Assembly (NCBI GenBank): GCA_964016885.1
Contig: OZ024744.1
Span: forward strand, 100,316,001-100,380,000
DNA: 64,000 nucleotides
Origin: Eledone cirrhosa
Taxonomy: Eukaryota
Direction: 5' to 3'
Part shown: piece after piece, positions 12,182-23,599 of the stretch
How the letters are laid out: each line of letters starts with the position of its first letter
Position numbering within the stretch: the stretch's first letter is position 1
The notes under the pieces: model-generated
What the model was told of the DNA's origin: nothing
The model's input: the letters and a program-made list of their open reading frames with translations, nothing else
Database searches by the model: none
Program-made: the position numbers and the translations under genes

Positions 12182-15100
12182 ATGGACATGTCGCAACCAA
12201 CGACAGAGGCCGAGATTTCAGAGCTGCTGGCTATGATCGGAGAGCGGGCTGGTCAAATTAAAGCCCTCTCAAATCAAGTAGAGAACCTGACCTTTCAAAC
12301 ACACCGACAACGCAGCAACAGTCGATCCAGGCCTTTTCACAGTCGAAGATCCAGAAGTCCCAGTCAAAATCGTGTGTCTGGCAACCTCTGCTGGTATCAC
12401 GCAAAATTCGGCGCACAGGCATCTAAGTGCAAAGCCCCGTGCTCTTTCCAGAATACCACCCAGGGCCTAGCGACGACGTTCACCCCTGGTACTGAGAAGA
12501 AAAGTCGTCTATTTTTTATTAACGACCAAGCGACAGGCATCCGTTACCTCGTGGATACAGGAGCCCAGGTTAGTGTTATTCCTGTTTCACTAGTCTCGGG
12601 CAAAAGACACCCAACACCGTCCTTTCTGCAGGCAATGAACCGATCGTCAATTCCGACTTTTGGGGAAAAATCACTGACCCTCAATTTAGGCCTGAGGCGG
12701 CGTTTTTAATGGGTGTTCGCCGTGGCAGACCTGCCGACCCCTATCCTAGGAGCCGATTTTCTCCACCACTTCAACCTTCTGGTGGACATGAAGAACCGGA
12801 GGCTTATTGACATCACCACAAACCTCACTGTGAGAGGTATATTTACCACGCAATCCACAGTGAGCCCTGTAATTTGCCAGTCAGAGCTTTCGCGGTACAA
12901 CGGCATTCTCCAGAAATACCCAGACATCACTCGCCCGGTATTTAAGGATGGACCTATTAAGCATAGTGTCACATATCACATTGAGACAAGAGGACCACCC
13001 ACAGCTGCCTGATCAAGGAGACTGCTTCCAGACCGATTGAGAATCGCCAAACAGGAGTTCCAACACATGCTGGACCTCGGAATCATTCGCCCTTCCTCCA
13101 GCAACTGGTCTGCACCCCTACACCTTGTTCCTAAAAAAAACGAGAATGATTGGCGACCATGTGGGGATTATCGTGCACTTAACAATTCTACAGTGCCCGA
13201 TAATTACCCTGTACCTCACCTGCACGATTTTTCTGCCTCCCTGCAAGGCGCACGCATCTTTTCCAAGATAGATTTGGTGCGTGCATATAACCAGATACCC
13301 ATGGAGCCTGCATATATTCCGAAGACCGCAATCACAACGCCGTTCGGTTTATTCGAATTCCTGCGAATGCCGTTCGGTCTGCGCAACGCTGCACACACTT
13401 TTCAGCGGTTTATTGATACCGTGTTACGCGATCTACCCTTCGTATACGCGTATATTGACGACGTGTTGGTAGCAAGTACTTCCGAGCAAGAACACGAGAA
13501 GCACTTAGATCTCCTTTTCCAACGTTTGGCTGAGTACGGTATCATCATCAACCCCAGCAAGTGCCTTCTCGGCGTTCCTTCACTGTCCTTTCTCGGGCAC
13601 ATCATTGATAAAGACGGCATTCGTCCACTTCCCGAGAAAGTAGAAGCTATCCGCAGTTTTCCCGCACCTACATCACTTCGGAAACTGCGTGAATTCCTCG
13701 GTCTGGTGAATTTTTATAGGCGTTTCATCCCTCATTGTTCCGACGCAGCCAGACTCCTCACGAACCTTCTTCGTAACCGGACTCGCAAAAACGAAGAGAT
13801 CACTCTAAAGAGGAAGAATTAACATCTTTTAACCGCCTGAAGGAAATGTTGGCAAACGCTTCCATGCTCGTTTTCCCCAGGTCTGGCGCTCTTCTTTCGC
13901 TGCTAGTGGACGCATCAGACACGGGGGTTGGAGGCGTTTTACAACAACATGTCGACGGCGTGTGGCAACCCTTGTCCTTCTTTTCTAAGCAGTTGCAACC
14001 GGCAGAAACGAAATACAGTACCTTTGGACGCGAACTCTTAGCAACCTACCTTTCGGTTAAGAATTTTCGGCATATGCTCGAAGGGTCGGATTTCGTGATC
14101 TACACGGACCATAAGCCACTAGTTTATGCATTCCGTACCAAACCTGATTGACATTCACCGAGAGAACTCCGACACCTGGATTTTGTCTCTCAATATTCAA
14201 CTGATATTCGGCATATCAAGGGATCAGACAACGTAGCAGACGACGCCCTGTCCCGAATCCAGCTGAACGCAATACATGTGCATTCAGGCATCGACCTTCA
14301 ACAGATCGCAGCTGACCAAGAGACTGACGAAGAGTTTACCAAGCTCCGAGATTTCGCCTTCCCTCAAGTTTCAGCAAGTTCCCATTCCTTCTTCTCCGGG
14401 ACAAATTTGGTGCGACCTTTCTACCGGTCATGAACGACCTTACGTATCACAGATGCATCGTCGACAAGTTTTTTTCTGCTTTACACTGCTTGTCTCACCC
14501 GGGAATCCGGGCTATACAGAAACTCATCTCTGCTCGTTTGTGGACTAACATTAACAAGGGCATGCGCGACTGGTCCAGGAGCTGCATTGCCTGCCAGAAA
14601 GCCAAAGTCCACAGACACATCAAAACTCCACTCGGCACATTCGCGCAACCTGATGCACGTTTTCATCATGTGCATATCGACATCGTCGGACCTCTACCAC
14701 CATCACAGAACTACACACACTTGCTCACCTGCATAGATCGATTTTCCCATTGGCCTGAGGCTTTTCCCATAAATGATACCTCAGCGAAAACAGTCGCTAA
14801 AACTTTGGCTTTACACTGGGTATCACGTTATGGCGCCCCAGCGAAGATAACAACGGACAGAGGACGCCAGTTTGACTCCCACCTCTTCAGAGAACTGACT
14901 CGCCTGCTAGGATGTAAACACATCCGCACGACAGCTTATCACCCGCAAGCTAATGGTCTCGTGGAAAGATTCCATCGCCAATTGAAAGCTGCAATAAAAG
15001 CATATCCAGACAAAACACTGGTTTGAATACCTACCACTCATCCTTCTGGGCATTCGATCCACCGTTAAGGAGGAATTCGGACCCACACCTGCAGAATTAG

Positions 15101-15565
15101 TGTACGGCACCACCCTGGTTTTACTTGGTCAGATGGTTGCTCCCATCTCTCCTCAGGATGTTCCAGGATCATACGTACACCATATTCGACAATATATGTC
15201 TCACCTTGCTCCTGCAAGCACCCATCAACAGAACACGGCCACACACGTACCTTCAGACATTAAAGATTGGATACGTTTTCGTTCGAAACGACACCATCTC
15301 AGCTCATCTTCGACCTCCATATTCTGGCCCTTATCGTGTTCTAAAAAAATATCCGAAATATTTTATTCTCGATCTAGATGGTGAACAGAATTCTGTCAGC
15401 GTGGACAGATTAAAAAAAGCCATCATGGATACTGTTACAGTCTCTACACCAGAAACTCCAACAGATTGCTGTCCCAGCAAGCCACCTGTTCCATCTCCAG
15501 TCACGAGAAGTGAACGATGTGTCCATTGGCCCGCCAAGTTGGCACAATATATGAATTACCGTTAA
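12182..15565 (+). pseudogene. Disrupted gag(C-terminus)-pol polyprotein: zinc-knuckle-like motif, aspartic protease, RT, RNase H, integrase
   Basis: Motifs CWYHAKFGAQASKCKAPC; LVDTGA; YIDD with MPFGLRNA; DASDTGVGG/RELLA/TDHKPL; HPG...CIAC, HIDIVGP, TDRGRQF, NGLVER; PPYSGPY. Stops at about 12707, 13010 and 14149, plus several frameshifts. Confidence 0.95.
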
Positions 15566-16495
15566 CCTCAAGTGAGTTTCTTAACCATTCTTCTTGCAAA
15601 ACATTCCTATTTCCCTTGTGTTTACTATTTCCAGTTTCAAATACAATGAACTTTCTGCTTGAACAATTGCAATTTTTAGTGACCATGTGCTCATGTCACG
15701 AAGAACATTATTTATTATGAACATTATCTATTACAAACACTATTTAAGAACAAACATTGTGTATAGCATTGTGTATAACATTTTTTACTTCTCTCTTGTT
15801 TTGCAATTTTTTTTATTTTTCTTGTTCTGTAACATTGATTGTGTAATTGCCATAATTTTTATATACATACAAGGCGTGTACATATTCTGTTTTTCATGCA
15901 CACTACAAAACCACTTTTGTTTCACCTTTTGGTTCATACACTGAGCAATAGATATTTGTGTCCCTCTAACTCTTACACTACAAAATGTTTTCTCTTTGAT
16001 CACGCATTTCACAAATCGCATCCTCAAAACACTGGCCTTCTTTTTTCACGTACACATTCACTCAATAGCTCGAGAATGCCTCGCTATTTTTTTTACCACA
16101 TGCATTCGCTCAAGTCATATGCTGTGGAGCAAACTGTTACTTTTAGGCAGCATGCTTACGGCCATTAAATTCACACATTACGGTTATCTTCACTGCCCAG
16201 TTAGACTTTTTGTCACGCAATTCACAGGCAGCTCAACCCAAATTGCAACAGGCTCATTCATCACGCCTGCATAAATCTGGTCAAAGTCATTTTATAGTTT
16301 ATTTCTTTTTTCTCTTCCTGACACACACATCTTGCCATATCATCTCTACATCGACTCTGTCCTGTACTCGATGATCACAAAATTTCACAACGTGCTGGAC
16401 ATACCTTGGGATATTGTCATGACATATGCACCACTGGCCCATTACTATACGATATTTCGCTCTTTTGTTGTACAAAAGATCTGGCAGGGGGTTAA

Positions 16496-16930
16496 TGTAC
16501 AGCTACCGGAAATAACATCTGTGAAATATACAGCTCCATCTCTCTGTTAGCTAGCTGCCTCACCGTGAAACAAACAACCCTTTGAAACCATCAGAATAAA
16601 CGCCTACGCAGCGACTAAACATCAAACGATTATTTCTGTATAAATAGAGTGGTCCCAAACACTTTCGCCAGTCGACATTTGGCAGAGTCAGCTAGCGTAT
16701 CGTTGTTCCTCGCCTCTGCCACGCTTGTCACTCACACACGCCTTCTACCTTGTATCGTCGCTTCATGTGAAAATAAATAGCTGATATAAATTACATCTAT
16801 CGCCTTGCTTCGTCCTTTCAACTTGTTATTTCGTCTGTTCATCCTTACCGTATGTGACAACAGTCCTTTTAATGGCTATTCTCGGATCTGATCGGAAGTA
16901 GTGACCAGACTGATTAACCACGTCGCTACA
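16496..16930 (+). repeat. 3' LTR (435 bp)
   Basis: TGTACAGCT...TCGCTACA followed by (TA)n. Lacks one ~39-bp internal repeat present in the 5' LTR. Confidence 0.95.
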
Positions 16931-17077
16931 TATATATATATATGAAAAAGTATGACCCCGACGGTAGAGCTCAAGCCGTCGGGGTCCTGACTCTTTTCAT
17001 ATTACCCACTCTACTACCCTAAGTATTGAGTACTCCGGTGCATTATGGTCCATCTTGTTCCTTACTACAACTCCTTC

Positions 17078-17145
<68 letters not shown>

Positions 17146-17235
17146 ACAGGGAGAAAGAGACGATTATTAGGAAGAAAAAAATATTTTTTTCCTTTTTTGT
17201 TTCTCTCTCTCTCTATATATATATATGTGTGTGTG

Positions 17236-18545
17236 TGTAGCGAAATCTGCTCGCGCCTTGAACCTTGGGTGACACCTAAAGGTCAAATTCTAGGTCAACA
17301 CCTTTTGGTGTAGACAGGTTGATGTGTTGACTATCCCCTCAAGGGGTGGGTGGGGGTGACAGTAAGCGATAGGTATATAAAGCATATATTTTCCCACCTT
17401 AAACACAAAGACATCGGAGCGCTAGGACACAACAAAGTATGTAAAGATTAATCGCTAACTTCAGACCCCAGAGGTCTACAGAAAAGCGAGATACATCGGA
17501 GCATTACACTTACAACAAACTATGTAAAGATTCACCTCTATCAATAGACCCCAGTAGTCTACAGCCAGAGACATCGGGGCATTACGTTAGCAAGTAACTA
17601 TGTAAGGACTCACCACTATCAACAGACCCCATGAGGTCTACAGATACACACAGCGAGATTGGAGCCCTACTACTACAGACCATGTACAAGAAGCCACAGT
17701 GGCCTACAACCAATTACAGACCATTCAGAGGTATACAAACCATTACTCTTTCTCTTAATCACTACGGTCTCAGAATTACTACCACAGGCTCCAAATAACA
17801 ACAACAACATTATCTGTTTGCTCGCTGTTTTCACATCAAAAACACTGTCAACCTTAACAACTCTTGGTTACTTTTTTATATGTATGTAGCGACGTGGTTA
17901 GTCAGTCTAGTCACTACTTCTGATCAGATCCGAGAATAGCCCTTAGAAGGACTCTTATCGCATACGGTCTGATCAGATCTGAAGATAGCCCTTAAAAGGA
18001 CTGTTGTCGCATATAGCCCTTAAAAGAACTGTTGAGGATGGACAGACGAAAGCACAAGTTGAAAGGACGAAGCAAGGCGAGATGTAAATTCGATCAGCTA
18101 TTTATTTTCACATGAAGCGACGATACGAGGTACAAGGCGTGTGTGAGTGACAAAGCGTGGCAGAGGCGAGGAACAACGATACGCTAGCTGACTCTGCCAA
18201 AAGTCGACTGGCGAAGTGTTAGGGACCACTCTATTTATACAGAAACAATCGTTTGATGTTTAGCCGATGTGTAGGCGTTTATTCTGGTAGTTTTTAAGGG
18301 TTCTTTTGTTTCACGTTGAAGTAGCTAGCTAACAGGTAGATGGCGCTGTATATTTCACAGATATTATTTCCGGTGGCTGTACATCTACTTTTTAATTGAG
18401 TCACGTGAAGTAAACCACATATAACCAAATCATTTATACTTATTATAGTTATTTCATCTAACAACGTTGTTATTATCATATCTAAACAACCATGCTAATC
18501 CATTTAACAATAACTATTTCTTATCTCATTTTTACCATTCGTTAA
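17236..18545 (+). mobile_element. Family-B LTR-like element interrupted by a family-A solo LTR
   Basis: Start TGTAGCGAAATCTGCTCGCGCCTTGAACCTTGGGTGACAC resembles 7873. Contains TATATAAA and internal ~60-70-bp repeats (CATCGGAGC...TATGTAAAG...AGACCCC...GTCTACAG). Similarity to 8280-8355 resumes after 18383. Right end uncertain. Confidence 0.55.
17885..18383 (-). mobile_element. Solo LTR of family A, inverted relative to the provirus
   Basis: Its reverse complement aligns end to end with 11650-12122 (TGTACAGCCACCGG...CGTCGCTACA). Flanks TGTA and TCTA may be a 4-bp TSD with one mismatch. Confidence 0.93.
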
Positions 18546-18578
<33 letters not shown>

Positions 18579-18583
<5 letters not shown>

Positions 18584-19029
18584 GACGTAAAATAAGAAAA
18601 TTTTAAAAATTAACTTACTTTTCACTCCAACTAATTAGTTTCTGTAAGGGAGTAAATATAGTTACGCAACGCAACTATGGATATGTCCTTACGCCATCAG
18701 GGAGTCTATTCTCAGCTAAGTTCCCAGGCAATGCGCGGACACCAGGAACCCATATAAAAATAATAATTCAGTGGATGGAATAAAGCTAGCGGGGACTAAA
18801 TTCCAGGGCACTGAAAAAATTCACTGCCTACTTGGTCAGTGGCAAATTCTAAAGAATCAATCACGTGACACTGAGGTTAATCAGTGAGGAGTGGGGTGGT
18901 ATTATGACAAGAGCCTAACTACTACCATGAACCATAGCAGTAAATTTTGGCAAGTTTTGCTCAACAAATAATTTGGAGATAAATATAGAGAATTAGTATA
19001 TCTACCAACAGTTGGTAGATATACTAATT
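18579..19029 (-). mobile_element. Penelope-like element remnant (pseudo-LTR) between (TA)n tracts
   Basis: Carries a type-I hammerhead fold with palindromic stem III and ends in a 19-bp perfect fold-back. Both features are associated with Penelope-like elements. No coding region seen. Confidence 0.5.
18624..18705 (-). ncRNA. Type-I hammerhead ribozyme motif, probably degenerate
   Basis: Minus strand: ACTCC-CTGATGG-CGTAAGG...CCTTACA-GAAA-CTAATTAG-TT-GGAGT. Stems I and II pair and stem III is palindromic. The core has A9 to G. Confidence 0.65.
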
Positions 19030-19030
19030 T

Positions 19031-19099
<69 letters not shown>

Positions 19100-19192
19100 A
19101 AAGATTCGGGACTCCGACGGCTGAGCTCCGGCCCTTTCTACAGCTAGATTCGAACGGTTATGGTCCACCTGGTATCTTACCACACCTCTCTG

Positions 19193-19231
<39 letters not shown>

Positions 19232-19234
<3 letters not shown>

Positions 19235-19636
19235 AGAGGGTCGGACGCCATGCTTTTCAGCATAGTTACGTCCCTTTACGATCTGAGTTCAAATCCCGCC
19301 GAGGTTGACTTTGCCTTTCATCCTTACGGGGGTCGATAAAATAAAGTACCAGTAATGCACTGGGTAATTGCTGGCCTTGTGCCTAAAGTAGAAACAATTA
19401 TTATATATATAATATATATATATATGTATGTATTGTGTGTGTGTGTGTGTGTGTGTGTGGTTTCGTAGTATCGGTAGAGCGTCAGACACCATGGTTTCCA
19501 GCATAGTTATGGCCCTTTGCGTTCTGAGTTCAAATACGCCGAGGTTAACTTTGCCTTTCATCCTTACGAGGTCGATAAAATAAAGTACCAGTGGTGCACT
19601 GGAGTAATCGCTGGCCTTGTACCAAAAGTAGAAACT
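19232..19636 (+). mobile_element. Two S1 SINE copies (about 19232-19402 and 19462-19636) separated by TA/TG microsatellite
   Basis: Both contain GTAGAG..TC.GAC, a B-box GAGTTCAAAT, the core and the GGCCTTGT...GTAGAAAC tail. Confidence 0.9.
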
Positions 19637-19655
19637 ATATATATATATATATATA

Positions 19656-20152
19656 TTAGTTGAGGTACCCGGCTTCGCCCGGGAGAATAGTTAGATGGAT
19701 AAAAGAGAAAACGACTATATTGGATGTGTTGTCTGGTATGAGTTGGGACTGTAATGTGTGAACGTGCGTATGGGAGAGAGACAAAAAACAATCATACAAC
19801 TTCCTTATTAGGCTGAGGGAGTAAACTGCTAATTAAATGGTAGCCTTGGATTTTAAATGTGAAATAACCATAGTCAGTATGATCTTTTTCACCTCCAAAG
19901 GACATCATCTGAAATACAGCAATATACCACATAACATTGCTTCTGAAGTGTTTAGCTTCGTTAGTACGGACTGTAAGTAGTATATGGATAAAAGCTGGAG
20001 GCTAGATTCATTTCAAATAGTATCAATTTTCCTTTGTTCTGTAAAATCAAAGACTGTAAAACTACTTTATAAAAGCTAATACAATATTGTTAAACCTTTC
20101 TATAGATCAAAGGATCTATAGTTTAAGCCGTTTCTAGACTTTCGTAGGACAT

Positions 20153-20155
<3 letters not shown>
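19656..20155 (-). mobile_element. Non-autonomous Helitron, 3' end clear, 5' end uncertain
   Basis: Minus strand ends CCCGGGCGAAGCCGGG (hairpin) - TACCTCAA - CTAA|T, i.e. a CTRR terminus. Confidence 0.55.
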
Positions 20156-20212
<57 letters not shown>

Positions 20213-20404
20213 ATCTAACACTTTAATTGTATCTCTCCCTTTTTGTCTCTCCCTCTTTGTCTCTCTCTCTTTAGATGTGTGTATATATATTTGTGTGTGT
20301 GCGCGCGCGCGGGTGTAGTTTTCGTGTGATTCAACCAGCCAACCAGCCAGCCAACCAGCCAGCCAACCAATAAATATCTCTCTTTTATATCTTTTATATA
20401 TATA

Positions 20405-20790
20405 CTAGCAGAAAAAACCACCCTTCGAGTGGTTTTCTGCTAGCATGTGTAGTGTGTATATTGATATTATACGCAAGTATATATACATGTAGATATGATA
20501 CATCAAATAAAATCGTAATTGACAATATAAACAGAAATAGAACGAAGACGTTGTTACACTGTCTTATGTAATCAGTAACGTAATCCATGAAGTGCAGCTT
20601 CGAAAAGAAGTCAATTTTAAATTATTTATTTTTACGAAATTATTTTTGTTTACGAAATTTAGTAGATAAATTATGTAATATTCATTCATTATTTATTCAA
20701 AGTAATCCAACTTATTTTACTAACGGGATAAAAAAAACAAAACCGTACGCAGTCCCGCAGACCTTCCTTTATTATAGTTTAGATAGAAGA
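20405..20790 (-). mobile_element. Non-autonomous Helitron A, short copy
   Basis: Minus strand starts TCTAAACTATAATAAAGGAAGGTCTGCGG and ends with the hairpin CTAGCAGAAAACCAC...GTGGTTTTTTCTG followed by CTAG|T. A second copy spans 23273-24959. Confidence 0.8.
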
Positions 20791-21034
20791 TATAGATATA
20801 GTGGAATCTCAGTTCATGAACTTAATACATTCCTGAAGGTCGTTCTTCTCCTGAAATGTTCATAAAACAAAACTATTTTTTACCATATGAAATGTTGAGA
20901 GAGAGATGCAATGAGATAGAGAGAGAGAGCGACTGTGTGTAAAAGACAGATAAATATCACCATAGTAACTAACTACACAGCAAGTGACACTTTCCCACCA
21001 ATACTCTCAACGTGTTGCCAGCTTGTGTGTTTGT

Positions 21035-21920
21035 TACCACATTAAACCACATTAACAAGACATTGTTGAAAAGTACAAAACAGTACTATGACTGTATCAC
21101 ATTAACTCTTAACATCCTGTACCACATGAAACCACATTAACAAGACATTGTTGAAAAGTACAAAACAGTACTATGAGTGTATCACATTAACTGTTAACAT
21201 CCTGTACCACATGAAACCACATTAACAAGACATTGTTGAAAAGTACAAAACAGTACTATGACTGTATCACATTAACTCTTAACATCCTGTACCACATAAA
21301 ACCACATTAACAAGACATTCTTGAAAAGTACAAAACAGTACTATGACTGTATCACATTAACTCTTAACATCCTGTACCACATGAAACCACATTAACAAGA
21401 CATTCTTGAAAAGTACAAAACAGTACTATGACTGTATCACATTAACTCTTAACATCCTGTACCACATGAAACCACATTAACAAGACATTCTTGAAAAGTA
21501 CAAAACAGTGCTATGACTGTATCACATTAACTATTAACATCCTGTACCACATGAAACCACATTAACAAGACATTCTTGAAAAGTACAAAACAGTACTATG
21601 ACTGTATCACATTAACTCTTAACATCCAGTACCACATGAAACCACATTAACAAGACATTCTTGAAAAGTACAAAACAGTACTATGACTGTATCACATTAA
21701 CTGTTAACATCCTGTACCACATGAAACCACATTAACAAGACATTCTTGAAAAGTACAAAACAGTACTATGACTGTATCACATTAACTCTTAACATCCAGT
21801 ACCACATGAAACCACATTAACAAGACATTCTTGAAAAGTACAAAACAGTACTATGACTGTAGCACATTAACTCTTAACATCCTGTACCACATGAAACTAC
21901 ATTAACAAGACATTCTTGAA
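21035..21920. repeat. 85-bp tandem repeat, about 10 copies
   Basis: ACCACATGAAACCACATTAACAAGACATTCTTGAAAAGTACAAAACAGTACTATGACTGTATCACATTAACTCTTAACATCCTGT recurs at 21121, 21206, 21291 and onward. Confidence 0.95.
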
Positions 21921-22204
21921 GTACCAGTTTCGCCAACTGTTATGTAGCTAAAGTGCACTGAAGTTGTGAGGTTGTTGGCTTCTCAAGATACTCCCTCAGT
22001 GTAAGGACAAATTCCCTGGACTGACCGCTACCAGTGAAATTTTCGAAAGGGAAAATTATCACATGATTTTGCAGCCAATACTGAGGGGTAGACTGTTGGC
22101 AAGTAACAGAGTTGCTAGAAGAAGCAGTCTATTTCAGCCTAATTTTTTAACTCAACCATGTTAGGACAAATTATAGAAAATACATATAAACACATTTATG
22201 TCAG

Positions 22205-23055
22205 ATAGGTAACACGGCAAAAAGCGCGCAGTCCACACTGTAAAGTGGTCGTGTAGGTGTCATGACAAAAAGCACCCAGTCCACACTGTAAAGTGGTCAT
22301 GTAGGTGCCACAACAAAAAACACCCAGCCCACACTGTAATGTAGTCATATAGGTATCATGACAAAAAGCACCCAGTATACACTGTAAAGTAGTCATGTAG
22401 GTGTCACGACAAAAAGCACCCAGTATACACTGTAAAGTGGTTTTGTAGGTGTCATGACAAAAAGCACCCAGTATACACTGTAAAGTAGTCATGTAGGTGT
22501 CACGACAAAAAGCACCCAGCCCACACTGTAAAGTAGTCATGTAGGTGTCATGACAAAAAGCACCCAGTATACACTGTAAAATGGTCATGTAGGTGTCATG
22601 ACAAAAAGCACCCAGTATACACTGTAAAGTGGTTTTGTAGGTGTCATGACAAAAAGCACCCAGGCCACACTGTAAAGTGGTCATGTAGGTGCCACAACAA
22701 AAAGCACCCAGCCAACACTGTAAAGTGGTCATGTAGGTGCCACAACAAAAAGCACCCAGCCAACACTGTAAAATGGTTGTGTAGTTGTCATGACAAAAAG
22801 CACCTAGTCCACACTGTAAAGTGGTCATGTAGTTGTCATGACAAAAAGCACCCAGTCCACACTGTAAAGAGGTTGTGTAGGTATCACGACAAAAAGCACC
22901 CAGCATACACTGTAATTATGGTTGATGTTAGAAGGGGCATCCAGAAACCAGTTCTGTATGAATAAGTCATGGTAATCAGACCTAGCTTGTCTCACAAAGG
23001 AGCAACTTGTCTAACCCATGCTAGCATGGAAAATGGATGTTAAACAGTGATGATG
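22205..23055 (+). repeat. 48-bp tandem repeat (about 15 copies) running into the 3' part of a second SINE family (S2)
   Basis: Unit GGTGTCATGACAAAAAGCACCCAGTCCACACTGTAAAGTGGTCATGTA. After 22915 the sequence continues GTTAGAAGGGGCATCCAG...CCATGCTAGCATGGAAAATGGATGTTAAACAGTGATGATGAT. Confidence 0.9.
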
Positions 23056-23153
23056 ATATATATATATATCTATTTTGCATATGTGCACATGATACTGGTG
23101 TATGCATGGAAAATGGACGTTAAATGATGATGAGGATGATAGTTATGATACTA

Positions 23154-23186
<33 letters not shown>

Positions 23187-23599
23187 CGATATATGAACAT
23201 GTATGTTTAACGGCATCTGCAAGAGTGTCTAGTATCAGTATATATATCTGCATATATATCCATCTACCCAAATCTAAACTATAATAAAGGAAGGTCTGCG
23301 GCACTGCGTACGGATTATTTTTTTTTTTATCCCGTTAGTAAAATAAGTATACTTTGAATAAATAATTAATGAATATTACATAATTTATCTACTAAATTTT
23401 GTAAACAAAAATAATTTCGTAAAAATAAATAATTTAAAATTGACTTCTTTTCAAAGTTGTACTTCCGGGACATCGTTGCCACCACCACCACCACCACTTC
23501 AACTACCATATATAAAGAGAGAGTGTGTGATGTCAACACTTCCGGTGGCGATCACTTAAATAAACATAATAATTTTCTCCTAATGCAGTTTATATATAA

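Larger units (their letters stand above)
11650..16930 (+). mobile_element. Ty3/Gypsy LTR retrotransposon (family A), decayed, inserted in (TA)n
   Basis: 5' LTR 11650-12122 and 3' LTR 16496-16930, both TG...CA, differ by about 11 substitutions and two indels by eye. PBS at 12125, purine tract GGCAGGGGG before the 3' LTR, domain order PR-RT-RH-IN. Confidence 0.97.

Noticed and set aside
15570-16490. env-like or antisense extra ORF in the Gypsy 3' region
   Set aside because: Only short, low-complexity ORFs, with no signal peptide, transmembrane or fusion-protein pattern that I can support.
22196-22906. 236-aa Cys-rich repeat ORF
   Set aside because: Antisense translation of a 48-bp tandem repeat that continues into a SINE.
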